Below are positions 10,096 to 18,622 of a stretch of DNA of 64,000 bases, piece by piece (position 1 is the first letter of the stretch; each line of letters begins with the position of its first letter). The stretch comes from Candidatus Saccharimonadia bacterium. Its GTDB lineage: Bacteria > Patescibacteriota > Saccharimonadia > UBA4664. The stretch is from the NCBI GenBank assembly GCA_038245115.1, contig JBBRSS010000001.1:25234-89233 (forward strand), read 5' to 3'. Below the pieces are notes generated by a model, which had not been told where the DNA came from, did not search any database, and saw nothing but the letters and a program-made list of their open reading frames with translations. The translations under genes and the position numbers were made by a program.

Positions 10096-11751
10096 ATGCG
10101 TGTGGCCATCAAGAGCCAGACAAAGTTTATTTTTGTAACTGGGGGCGTCCTTTCCGGACTCGGGAAAGGCATCACCGCAGCTTCTATAGGGACAATCCTT
10201 AAAGCTCGCGGTTTTTCTGTAAATATCCAAAAATGCGACCCCTATCTCAATACCGACGCCGGTACCATGAATCCCGCCGAACACGGCGAAGTCTTTGTTA
10301 CCAAAGACGGTGCCGAAACCGATCTGGACCTTGGCCACTACGAGCGTTTCCTAGATGAAGAAGTGGGCCGCTCCAGCTCGCTGATGAACGGCCGCATCTA
10401 CGCTAACGTTTTAGCCGACGAACGAGCCGGAAAATACCTCGGCAAAACCGTTCAGATCATTCCCCACATCACTGGCGAGATAGTCAAACGAATAATGGAG
10501 GCGGGCGATGGGTTCGACTTCCACATCGTTGAAATTGGCGGAACGGTGGGGGATATTGAATCCTTGGCATTCCTAGAAGCCATCCGTCAACTGCGCCACA
10601 AAGTGGGTCCTGAGCACACAATGTACGTCCACGTGGTATATCTGCCATATCTCGAAGCTTCGCACGAAATCAAGACCAAGCCGGCTCAAAACGCCGTCCG
10701 CGACCTGCGTGAGGCCGGTATCCGACCCGACATTATCGTTGCCCGAGCCGAGCGGCCGGTAAATCACAATATTTTGCAAAAACTCAGCTCATTTTGTGAT
10801 GTTGAGCTAGCCGGTATCGTGCCGATGCAGACAGTTAAAACCGTCTATGAAGTCCCGCTGCTCCTTGAGGAGGCCGGCATTGGCAACTACATCACCAAGC
10901 GCCTTGGTCTTAAATCTCGTCGAGCCAAGCTAGCCGACTGGAACCGCCTAGTCAATCTCATCAAGCACCCCGACCACCGCTCCATCAAAATCGGCGTCGT
11001 GGCCAAGTACATGGAAAATGAAGATACCTATTTGAGCGTCTTTGAGGCCATCAGGTCGGCCGGCTGGGCCAACCGAATTCGCCCGGAAATTTGCTGGATT
11101 AATGCCGAAAAGATTGAAGGCGATCCGAGTCTCCTCGACGGCTACGACGGTCTCGTTGTGCCCGGCGGTTTTGGCAGCCGTGGCGTCGAAGGCAAAATTA
11201 TCGCCGGCCGCTACGCTATGGATCACAACATCCCATACCTCGGACTTTGCCTTGGTATGCAAACCGCCGTCATCGCCCTAGCCCGCAAAGCCGGCCTCGA
11301 AGGTGCCAACAGCACCGAAGTAAACCCGGACACCCTCTATCCCGTCATCGACATCATGGCCGACCAAAAAGACGTTATCGATAAAGGTGGCACCATGCGG
11401 CTCGGCAATTACCCCTGCGTGCTTGCTAAAAATACTCATTCCGCCGCTGCTTACGGCGTAAAACAGATCCAGGAGCGACACCGCCACCGCTATGAATTCA
11501 ATAACAGTTACCGCGAACGTCTCCAAGCTGCCGGGCTGATTATTGCCGGGCAGTCACCAGACAAACATCTTGTTGAAATCATCGAGATATCAGGCCACCC
11601 GTACTTCGTTGCCAGCCAGTTCCACCCCGAATTTAAATCCCGACCCAGCCGACCTCATCCATTGTTTGACGGCTTTATCAAAGCTGCTGCCGGCGAAATC
11701 AGCAAACCCGCTACCCATACTGCAAGCAAACGTAGTATAGTCGAGTTATGA
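10096..11751 (+). CDS. pyrG: CTP synthase
   Basis: The N-terminus is KFIFVTGGVLSGLGKG. A glutamine amidotransferase domain with GLCLGMQ is present. ATG 10096 is preceded by GGGAAGG. Confidence 0.92.
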   Translation: MRVAIKSQTKFIFVTGGVLSGLGKGITAASIGTILKARGFSVNIQKCDPYLNTDAGTMNPAEHGEVFVTKDGAETDLDLGHYERFLDEEVGRSSSLMNGRIYANVLADERAGKYLGKTVQIIPHITGEIVKRIMEAGDGFDFHIVEIGGTVGDIESLAFLEAIRQLRHKVGPEHTMYVHVVYLPYLEASHEIKTKPAQNAVRDLREAGIRPDIIVARAERPVNHNILQKLSSFCDVELAGIVPMQTVKTVYEVPLLLEEAGIGNYITKRLGLKSRRAKLADWNRLVNLIKHPDHRSIKIGVVAKYMENEDTYLSVFEAIRSAGWANRIRPEICWINAEKIEGDPSLLDGYDGLVVPGGFGSRGVEGKIIAGRYAMDHNIPYLGLCLGMQTAVIALARKAGLEGANSTEVNPDTLYPVIDIMADQKDVIDKGGTMRLGNYPCVLAKNTHSAAAYGVKQIQERHRHRYEFNNSYRERLQAAGLIIAGQSPDKHLVEIIEISGHPYFVASQFHPEFKSRPSRPHPLFDGFIKAAAGEISKPATHTASKRSIVEL

Positions 11752-12149
11752 ACAATACCAAGGCACGAATTCTGCTCGTAGAAGATGATTTAGCGCTTGC
11801 CACCGCCTATCTAGTACGCATGGAAGCCGAAGGCTTCGACGTTCGTCACTGTCCTGATGGTGAACTTGCGCTGCAGGAGGCCACCGAGTATCACCCCGAT
11901 CTTATTCTCCTGGACATCATGATGCCAAAGATATCCGGATTTGATGTTCTCGACATTCTGCGCAATACCAAAGAGACCTCCCACACCAAGATCATCATCC
12001 TCACCGCTCTATCGCAACCCGCCGACCGCCAACGAGCGAAAGATCTGGGGGCAGATGAATACCTGGTAAAATCCCAAGCGGTTGTAGCCGACGTCATGAA
12101 GCGCATTCGCTTTCACCTCGGTATCAAAGAGCCTCAACCCGCCGAATAA
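11748..12149 (+). CDS. single-domain response regulator (receiver only)
   Basis: A CheY-like REC fold is present (ILLVEDD, phospho-acceptor Asp in LILLDIMMP, conserved T and K). There is no output domain. Confidence 0.8.
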   Translation: MNNTKARILLVEDDLALATAYLVRMEAEGFDVRHCPDGELALQEATEYHPDLILLDIMMPKISGFDVLDILRNTKETSHTKIIILTALSQPADRQRAKDLGADEYLVKSQAVVADVMKRIRFHLGIKEPQPAE

Positions 12150-12160
12150 CTGAAATACTA

Positions 12161-12196
12161 AAAAGCCCCTCAATCGTGAGGGGCTTTTTATTTATT
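12161..12196. terminator. bidirectional rho-independent terminator between convergent REC gene (+) and rpmA (-)
   Basis: The stem agcccctca / tgaggggct with loop atcg is flanked by an A-run on the 5' side and by ttttatttatt on the 3' side. Confidence 0.7.
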
Positions 12197-12211
12197 CAGA
12201 ATATGCTCGAG

Positions 12212-12499
12212 TTAAGACGATTTTTGGTCGACTACCGAAACGTAAGTCCGCCGCACCCTGGCACCGGTAAACTTCTGAATTTTCTTAGTTGAGAACTGAA
12301 CGAATCCATCAACCAGGGCAAACAAAGTATGGTCGCGACCAACTCCCACGCCGACACCGGCTTCCATGCGGGTACCGCGCTGTCGAACCAGCACACCGCC
12401 CGAACGGACGAACTGATCGCCAAAGAGCTTTACGCCGAGTCGCTTTGATTCACTATCGCGGCCAGTCTTGACTGAACCGCCAGCTTTTGTATGTGACAT
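12212..12499 (-). CDS. rpmA: 50S ribosomal protein L27
   Basis: The L27 signature [24 protein letters not shown]...[23 protein letters not shown] is present. A GAGGAAG RBS lies inside the upstream gene's 3' end. Confidence 0.92.
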   Translation of the reverse strand: MSHTKAGGSVKTGRDSESKRLGVKLFGDQFVRSGGVLVRQRGTRMEAGVGVGVGRDHTLFALVDGFVQFSTKKIQKFTGARVRRTYVSVVDQKSS

Positions 12500-12502
12500 A
12501 GT

Positions 12503-13645
12503 TTATATCTTCCTCAATAACAATAATTGCCGTCCGACGACTTGATCCGCACGAGCATAAAGTGGTGGGCCGGATAACCCACGAAAACTCTTAAGAGTGT
12601 AGCCTAAACGAGCCAGTTCGTCAATCATCCCCAGATAGTGCCAATCGTTACCGATGCGCCAGGCAGGTACGCACAAACTAACCTCGCCGCCAGAGGCAAG
12701 TTGAGTCGCCCAGTTCGCCAAAGCGGCCTCATAGAGCGCCCGTAGTTCAGTCCGAACCTCCTTGAGCTCACCCGGGCTCGGTGAACGCATAAGATTGGGG
12801 CCCAAATAACCCTCACTCACGACCGCGCATCCATCCGGCAGCGCCACCTCTCGAGCGTCCGCCAACTCCGCCTTCCATTTCGGCAGCTGCTGCGAAACTT
12901 GCTGCTGTAGCCAAGTCAGATTAGTGCGAGTTGCCGCCACCATCTCCTCTGAGAGATCGGACCCCTGCGCAACGCGTCCCAACAGTAACGCTTCCTGAGG
13001 TATTACCCCCGTCCCGCAAAATGGGTCGTAAACTAACGATGCCTGCACCGAGTTCACCAGTATCTGTGCCAACTTCGGCGGCAGCATACCAACCCTCGCA
13101 CTTCTAGCTGGGCGATCATAGTCGCGGCGCGAGTACCAATCTATATCCTGCACGCCCAATGTCCGTGCTACGACCATCTCAGCTCCACTGGCGATCACCA
13201 ACAGCTCAAACCCATCCTCAATCACCCGGTTATAGTGCAGCTCAGCCGCCGACACTACCAGTCCCTTAGACGCCATTACGAATCGTACCGAACCGCCGGC
13301 CCGCTCACGCAAAGTATTTTTTAGCTCAAGCCCAGCAGCCATCAGCATCTTCGGCGTATCTTTAAACCCGTAGGCGCTAATCGAAAACGGTGTTTTACCC
13401 TCTGCTTGTACCGGCAGCTGCTCCACATTCACCGGCAGGGCGCGCAAGGCTGTCACCGGACCGCGATATAGAACTTCTGCAACCTTAACGGTTCCCCCCA
13501 GCCGATCCGTGTGTACGGCTTCGCTAATCAACGCTGCCTGCCGACCAAACGACTGCACCTGCTCACGACCCAGCACGCACTCCAGCTCCACGAGCCCAAG
13601 CTCCGGCTGCCGACCCAATATTGTAATGTAATTTAGTGACGACAT
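12503..13645 (-). CDS. putative RNA (guanine-N2-type) SAM-dependent methyltransferase with N-terminal THUMP-like domain (Trm14/TrmN/RlmL-like)
   Basis: Class I MTase motif I VYDPFCGTGVIPQEA follows an N-terminal RNA-binding-like domain. It is co-oriented with rpmA and separated from it by only 3 nt. Confidence 0.5.
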   Translation of the reverse strand: MSSLNYITILGRQPELGLVELECVLGREQVQSFGRQAALISEAVHTDRLGGTVKVAEVLYRGPVTALRALPVNVEQLPVQAEGKTPFSISAYGFKDTPKMLMAAGLELKNTLRERAGGSVRFVMASKGLVVSAAELHYNRVIEDGFELLVIASGAEMVVARTLGVQDIDWYSRRDYDRPARSARVGMLPPKLAQILVNSVQASLVYDPFCGTGVIPQEALLLGRVAQGSDLSEEMVAATRTNLTWLQQQVSQQLPKWKAELADAREVALPDGCAVVSEGYLGPNLMRSPSPGELKEVRTELRALYEAALANWATQLASGGEVSLCVPAWRIGNDWHYLGMIDELARLGYTLKSFRGLSGPPLYARADQVVGRQLLLLRKI

Positions 13646-13751
13646 AATCTAACAATTATAGCAAGTTTACCGAATTAATACTACCAGACCAAAACCACCT
13701 GCGGGTAATCAGCCGCATACCGGTGCAAAAAAATACTCTTGAAAAGTTTTT

Positions 13752-13778
13752 GGGGGGCGGGGATTAACCCCGCCCCCC
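13752..13778. terminator. GC-rich hairpin (probable terminator/insulator between phoH2 and MTase-rpmA operon)
   Basis: A perfect 11-bp stem (ggggggcgggg / ccccgcccccc) with loop attaa is adjacent to an A/T tract (aaaagttttt). Confidence 0.35.
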
Positions 13779-13799
13779 TCAACCCTTGCTATGTAGCTA

Positions 13800-15152
13800 C
13801 TACGGCATCATGAGCGCTTCGAAGCCGCCCTTGCACTTGGCGAATTTGCCGCTGTACCGTGGCCTTACCGGCAAGTCGTCCCGCAGGATGCTCGCAGCCG
13901 AAGCTGCAATCCTCGACCTTACGGCATCCACCAGCTCGACATGGCCAAACAAGGGGTTGCCACGGTACTCCTCGATGATGGCGGCAATGCCATCATGCCT
14001 GCCAACGCGAGGGTTGTCGCGCTGATCGACATCGTGGGTTAATATGACTCTCGATCCCTCACCGATCCTTTCGATCAAGTTCAGTAGCGCAATGCGCTCG
14101 AAGGATTGGGCTTCGTCCACGATCACAAAGCAGTTGTGGAATGTTCGCCCTCTGATGTGTGTCACCGGAATAATCTCCAGGCTACCACTATTGAACACAC
14201 CGTCGATCTGCGCGACATTTTCGACACTGTCGAATATCGCTTGGGTCCACGGCTCCATCTTCTCCGCCTGAGTTCCAGGCAAATAGCCGAGGTCAGCTCC
14301 TGCCACCTCATCGATGGGACGAATCACGATGATCTTCTTGGCTTGACCGCTGTTAATGGCGTGAAGACCTGCAACTACTGCGATAACGGTCTTGCCCGTA
14401 CCCGCCCTTCCACCGAGCGAGACAATTCCGATATCCGGATCACGCAAAAGGTCGAACGCCAACAGCTGCTCAGGATTGCGCGCCGTCAGTGAATCCTTGC
14501 CCAAGGGCAGTTTTTCCACTCGCCGTACGACACCGTCCTTACAAAGCCGTGTCAACACCGTCTGTCCGCTAGGTATGACCATCTTGAAGCCGGTGTTCAC
14601 GGGTACCTCATCGGTGGTAGCTAGCCGGCAACGCCCTTCCTCAACCGCCGCCAGAGTTTCGTTCGCTACATGGACCGTTTCGATACCAGTCCACGCGGTA
14701 TCCGCCTGGACCCGTCGGTAGTCCTCCACCCTGATTCCAAGGGAGGAGGCCATAAGACGCGTTGCCATATCCTTTGAGACCAGAGTGACGTTTTCGCCTT
14801 TTTCCATAAGGTTGTATGCCACCAACAAGATGCGCGACATGTCGTCAGTCTGGAATCCAGCCGGCAACTTGCCGGGTCCTACGTGGTTGACCTCCACCCT
14901 GAGCGTCCCACCTTTGTCATTCAGTGGAATGTCGACGTCTAGACGCCCGTGGTCCTCGCGCAAGCTGTCGATCTGGGCCAAAGCCGCAAGCGCCCGCCCG
15001 CCAACCTCAGGGTCACGGCGCTTGGCCTGGAGCTGAGGTATGACGACCAGTGGCACTACCACTGGATGCTCATCGAACCGGTCGAACGCTCGAGGGTCCG
15101 CGAGCAGAACCGACGCATCAATCACATAGGTCCTGCGGGCTCCGTTACTCAT
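13800..15152 (-). CDS. PhoH2-type protein: N-terminal PIN domain fused to PhoH-like ATPase
   Basis: The PIN-like N-terminus (YVIDASVLLADP) is followed by a PhoH ATPase with Walker A GRAGTGKT. The start was chosen at ATG 15152, which is preceded by GGAGAGG at 6 nt. Confidence 0.8.
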   Translation of the reverse strand: MSNGARRTYVIDASVLLADPRAFDRFDEHPVVVPLVVIPQLQAKRRDPEVGGRALAALAQIDSLREDHGRLDVDIPLNDKGGTLRVEVNHVGPGKLPAGFQTDDMSRILLVAYNLMEKGENVTLVSKDMATRLMASSLGIRVEDYRRVQADTAWTGIETVHVANETLAAVEEGRCRLATTDEVPVNTGFKMVIPSGQTVLTRLCKDGVVRRVEKLPLGKDSLTARNPEQLLAFDLLRDPDIGIVSLGGRAGTGKTVIAVVAGLHAINSGQAKKIIVIRPIDEVAGADLGYLPGTQAEKMEPWTQAIFDSVENVAQIDGVFNSGSLEIIPVTHIRGRTFHNCFVIVDEAQSFERIALLNLIERIGEGSRVILTHDVDQRDNPRVGRHDGIAAIIEEYRGNPLFGHVELVDAVRSRIAASAASILRDDLPVRPRYSGKFAKCKGGFEALMMP

Positions 15153-15320
15153 GATGTACCTCTCCAAACGGGGTGCGAGGGTTGTTTTGTCGATGATCAC
15201 GGCCATATTGGCCGCATAAGATATACGATATAATATTCTACAGTATCAGTCAAAGATCTGAATCTGATGGCAACTCAGAGTTGTTGACAAACAATTCAAC
15301 GATTCCATAAGATATAGCCA

Positions 15321-15425
15321 TGGGTAGCATAAGCACAAATCTTAGACGTGCAGAGATATGGCTCACATCCCATGTATACCGTTCTCAGCACTGAACCGCC
15401 CATTTCCGGGCGGTTCTTTTGAAAT
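15321..15425 (+). ncRNA. candidate small RNA (unclassified)
   Basis: TTGACA (15285-15290) is followed by an 18-nt spacer and a TAAGAT -10-like hexamer. The transcript would contain a ccatggg/cccatg stem and end at an intrinsic terminator (gaaccgccc atttcc gggcggttc + ttttgaaat, 15394-15425). There is no coding potential. Confidence 0.3.
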
Positions 15426-15521
15426 CCAGAGTGAAAGGCGCGTAACAACTTCTAAGTTCTACCTGAGCCAACCAGGCACAGGAAGCTCGCGGAGGTTCCG
15501 CGATGATCGGAGGGGTAACCC

Positions 15522-15584
15522 ATGAAGTACAAGGCGACCATCGGCAGCGATATCCAGCGGCCAATGAAAGGAGGTAGGGCCTAG
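15522..15584 (+). CDS. candidate 20-codon small ORF/leader peptide (MKYKATIGSDIQRPMKGGRA)
   Basis: A canonical SD GGAGGGG (15509-15515) lies exactly 6 nt upstream of ATG. The ORF sits inside a highly structured 627-nt non-coding gap. Confidence 0.2.
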   Translation: MKYKATIGSDIQRPMKGGRA

Positions 15585-15688
15585 CCAGCCCTGCTGTACC
15601 TATCTCGCTGCCCAGCGCATGGGTTTCCGGCGGGGGAAATGAACCGCTGGTAAGTATCACTTACCTTCTCGCACCCTGGAGGCCACCC

Positions 15689-15727
15689 TAGCGGGTGTGG
15701 GGCGCATGCTGCGCCCCACACCCGCTA
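15689..15727. promoter_or_regulatory. perfect palindromic hairpin (17-bp stem) immediately upstream of xseA promoter
   Basis: The sequence tagcgggtgtggggcgc atgc tgcgccccacacccgcta has no flanking U-tract on either strand. Confidence 0.5.
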
Positions 15728-15767
15728 AAGCAATTACTTGCATGCCACCGTCCGCCAGTACTCAAGC

Positions 15768-15773
15768 TATAAT
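15768..15773 (+). promoter_or_regulatory. -10 box (TATAAT) placed for leaderless xseA transcript
   Basis: TATAAT ends 6 nt before ATG 15780, which predicts a TSS at or within 1-2 nt of the start codon. There is no SD. Confidence 0.45.
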
Positions 15774-15779
15774 ACTTAT

Positions 15780-17030
15780 ATGTCACCGCAAATTATATCT
15801 GTCAGTGAATTTCTGGCCATCATCAACGAAACCCTCAACTTCGCCTACCCCCAGGTGGTCGTAGAAGGGGAGGTCTCGGGCTTCAAAATTAGCCAGGGCA
15901 AATTTGCCTTTTTTGACCTCAAAGACGACAAAAGTCTACTTGGTTGTTTTATGATGGCCCGGGATATCAAACTGCCCATCGAAGACGGTATGAAAATCCG
16001 CGTCACCGGTGCACCAAAAGTATTTCCGAAATCCAGCCGCTTTAGCCTCACCGTGCGCGATATCGAGCTCGCCGGAGAGGGGGAGTTGCGCCGCGCCATG
16101 GAGCTGCTCAAGAAAAAACTCACTGCCGAAGGCTTGTTTGATCCCGCCCGCAAACGGCCGATTCCTAAGTTTCCTGCTCGAATTGGCCTCATCACCTCAG
16201 GAACTTCGGCGGCCTACGGTGACTTCATCAAAATTCTCGGGACGCGTTGGAGTGGGGTAGAAGTGCTGCTGGCCGACGTCAGCGTGCAAGGCCTGCAGGC
16301 GCCCGATCAGATTATTGGCGCCCTGGAATACTTCAATCATCTTAGCCCGCCGGTCGACGTCGTGGTACTCATTAGAGGCGGCGGCTCGCTCGAAGACCTC
16401 ATCGCTTTCTCCACGGAACCTGTAGCGCGCGCCGTAGCTGCCAGCCGCACGCCAATAATCGTCGGCGTCGGGCATGAAATCGACGTATCACTGTCCGACT
16501 ACGCCGCCGACCTGCGCGCCGCCACCCCTACCGATGCCGCCCGCCTGGTAGTACCCGACCGCAACGAAGTTCTCGCCCACATCAAACACCTCAGCTCGCG
16601 CCAAAGCACCTCCCTCGCATCCAGAGTCGCCCAGTACCACCTGCGCACCGACCGGGCGCTGAGCCGCCTCGAAGCAGCCCTGCGCTACCCTCGCGAACGT
16701 GTAGCCGCCCACGAAGCCAAACTCGAACGCGGCCTCGACCGTTTATTGTCCGCCGTACAATCAAGTACCCAAAATACCATTGCCTTACAGCAGCGGCTCA
16801 CCGACCGCACCAATGCACTGCTAAACCAACGCCACCAACAAATACTGAGTCTTAACCGAATTCTGCGCGGCTTCGATCCCCAGGCAGTCCTGGCTCGCGG
16901 CTACTCGATAGTTCGGGTCAACAATAAAATCCTCCGCCAAGCCAACCAAGCAGCGCCAGGAATGGGTCTCATGATACAATTGGCCAAAGGTCATATTGCT
17001 GCGGAGGTTAAAAATATCGATGACAACTAA
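15780..17030 (+). CDS. xseA: exodeoxyribonuclease VII large subunit
   Basis: An OB-fold N-terminus (ISVSEFLAIINETL...VVVEGEVSGF) and the catalytic core are present. The start was chosen at ATG 15780 in frame with the listed ORF. Confidence 0.85.
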   Translation: MSPQIISVSEFLAIINETLNFAYPQVVVEGEVSGFKISQGKFAFFDLKDDKSLLGCFMMARDIKLPIEDGMKIRVTGAPKVFPKSSRFSLTVRDIELAGEGELRRAMELLKKKLTAEGLFDPARKRPIPKFPARIGLITSGTSAAYGDFIKILGTRWSGVEVLLADVSVQGLQAPDQIIGALEYFNHLSPPVDVVVLIRGGGSLEDLIAFSTEPVARAVAASRTPIIVGVGHEIDVSLSDYAADLRAATPTDAARLVVPDRNEVLAHIKHLSSRQSTSLASRVAQYHLRTDRALSRLEAALRYPRERVAAHEAKLERGLDRLLSAVQSSTQNTIALQQRLTDRTNALLNQRHQQILSLNRILRGFDPQAVLARGYSIVRVNNKILRQANQAAPGMGLMIQLAKGHIAAEVKNIDDN

Positions 17031-17319
17031 GCCATTTGAATTCGAAAAAGCCCTACAAGAACTCGAGGCCATCACCGCGTGGTTCGAGCAAACCGATGTT
17101 GACCTCGACATGGGTCTGGCCAAATTTGAACGCGGCATGGAGCTCGCAGGTGAACTAAAAACCCATTTAGCCACGGTCGAAAACCGTGTCGAAAAAATCC
17201 GCCAGCGCTTCTCGGCCGCCAAATCCAGCCCAGAATTAACGAATTCCGAACCGACCGACTCTGAAGCGAACGATGTTTCCCTAGAATCCCAAGACCAAAC
17301 CGACCTCTTCGGAGCGTAA
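17020..17319 (+). CDS. xseB: exodeoxyribonuclease VII small subunit
   Basis: The sequence MTTKPFEFEKALQELEAITAWFEQ...LDMGLAKFERGMELAGELKTHL is typical of XseB. It overlaps the xseA 3' end by 11 nt, and GGAGG lies upstream. Confidence 0.85.
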   Translation: MTTKPFEFEKALQELEAITAWFEQTDVDLDMGLAKFERGMELAGELKTHLATVENRVEKIRQRFSAAKSSPELTNSEPTDSEANDVSLESQDQTDLFGA

Positions 17320-17322
17320 AAA

Positions 17323-17823
17323 TTGTTAATCTATATCCTCCTTGCACTTGTGATACCCTTTGGTATCGGCGCCATCATTGGGGCGCCCTATGTACCTATT
17401 CTTCGGCGAGATAGCGAACGCATTCTCAAATTGGCCGCCCTCAAGCCCGGCCAAACTCTCGTTGACCTCGGATCAGGCGACGGCCGACTCCTGCGCGCTG
17501 CCGCTGCCCAAGGCATTAACTGCATTGGCTACGAAATTAATCCTTATCTCGTCTGGATATCTCGCCTAGTATGTTGGCGCTACCGCAAGCTCGTCACCAT
17601 CCACGCTGCCGATATTTGGCGTACCGAACTACCTCGGGCTGACGTAATCTACGTCTTTGGTCTCGAACGGTACATGGAACGCTTAGAGCGCAAATTCAAT
17701 ACCGAGATCACCCAACCAACCACAGTTATCTCCTACATTTTTCGGTTGCCTTCCGCCTCACCAACCCACCAAACACACAATACCTATACCTACGAATTTG
17801 GCTTCGTTAATACGGCCGCTTGA
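17323..17823 (+). CDS. small membrane-anchored class I SAM-dependent methyltransferase
   Basis: An N-terminal TM helix is followed by MTase motif I VDLGSGDGRLL and an acidic motif II. It has a TTG start. Confidence 0.5.
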   Translation: MLIYILLALVIPFGIGAIIGAPYVPILRRDSERILKLAALKPGQTLVDLGSGDGRLLRAAAAQGINCIGYEINPYLVWISRLVCWRYRKLVTIHAADIWRTELPRADVIYVFGLERYMERLERKFNTEITQPTTVISYIFRLPSASPTHQTHNTYTYEFGFVNTAA

Positions 17824-17859
17824 AACTCAGCTCCACCCGTTGTAGCATAAGTATTAACG

Positions 17860-18552
17860 ATGGATAACCAACCAATCATCCCAACCAGTTCCGGGCCGTT
17901 CAGCTCGGCTCCCTCAGGCTCAGGTCGAGGTCCTTTGTTTATAGCACTGATTGTAGTGCTAGGTCTTGGCACAATCATATTCGGAGTACTCACAGTCACC
18001 TTCTCAAACAAAGCCGCAGCCACGGAAAAATCAACCACCCAGCAAAAGGCGGCGGCAGCAGCGGCGGCCCGCGATGAGCAAAAAAGCCTCGATCATATCG
18101 AGTTCACCAAGATCAACGAGACGCCCTACCGTGCCTACAACGCACCCCAACAATTTGGCTCCTTCGTAATAAATTTCCCTAAAAACTGGAGCAGCTCGGT
18201 TCGAGAACAGAACTCAGGCACACAGGTGAGCCTGGCTCTCAACCCTGAATTTATTCGCAATTCCAACGGTCAAGACGAAATTACGGCCATTCGGGTACTA
18301 TTCATGACAACCCCACAGTCCCAATATATGGCCCAATACGCCGGCAACATCAAGAACGGAAAAATGAAACAAGCCAAAACTACCGTATCCGGTCAACCAG
18401 CCTATGATGTCACCGGAACATTCAGCGGCCGCAAAACCATCCGTGAAGTAATCGTTCCGGTTCGCGATAAAGTATTGGTATTTAGCTCTGAGTCACCTCA
18501 ATACGCCGCGGAATTTAATGCCGTTCTTAGCCAAGCCAAGATCATACCCTAA
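17860..18552 (+). CDS. hypothetical membrane-anchored extracytoplasmic protein
   Basis: An N-terminal TM segment (LFIALIVVLGLGTIIFGVLTV) is followed by an Ala/Lys-rich linker. I recognised no domain. Confidence 0.5.
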   Translation: MDNQPIIPTSSGPFSSAPSGSGRGPLFIALIVVLGLGTIIFGVLTVTFSNKAAATEKSTTQQKAAAAAAARDEQKSLDHIEFTKINETPYRAYNAPQQFGSFVINFPKNWSSSVREQNSGTQVSLALNPEFIRNSNGQDEITAIRVLFMTTPQSQYMAQYAGNIKNGKMKQAKTTVSGQPAYDVTGTFSGRKTIREVIVPVRDKVLVFSSESPQYAAEFNAVLSQAKIIP

Positions 18553-18622
18553 TAATCCATCCGTCTAATGCTTGAGTGATGCAACTCCTAGATGCTACCG
18601 TTAGAGCTAGAAAGGTGGCACA

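Noticed and set aside
13752-13778. GC hairpin after phoH2 as a classic intrinsic terminator
   Set aside because: The 11-bp G/C stem is perfect, but on the minus strand it is followed by AAAAACUUUU rather than a clean U-tract. It is kept only as a low-confidence terminator/insulator.
15385-15660. 91-aa minus-strand ORF in the phoH2-xseA gap
   Set aside because: The translation is Pro/Ala/Cys/Trp-rich with no motif and no RBS. It lies inside a region whose complementarity pattern is better explained as structured RNA.
15321-15740. Tested whether the structured gap is RNase P RNA, tmRNA, SRP RNA or a cobalamin riboswitch
   Set aside because: The conserved cores were not found on either strand: P4 AGUCCGGGC/ACAGAACCCGGCUUA, tmRNA T-arm plus CCA with a tag ORF, SRP GGAA-loop domain IV, and the B12 box. 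Only a weak GUGAAAGGCGCG resemblance to RNase P J11/12 was seen, so no class was assigned.
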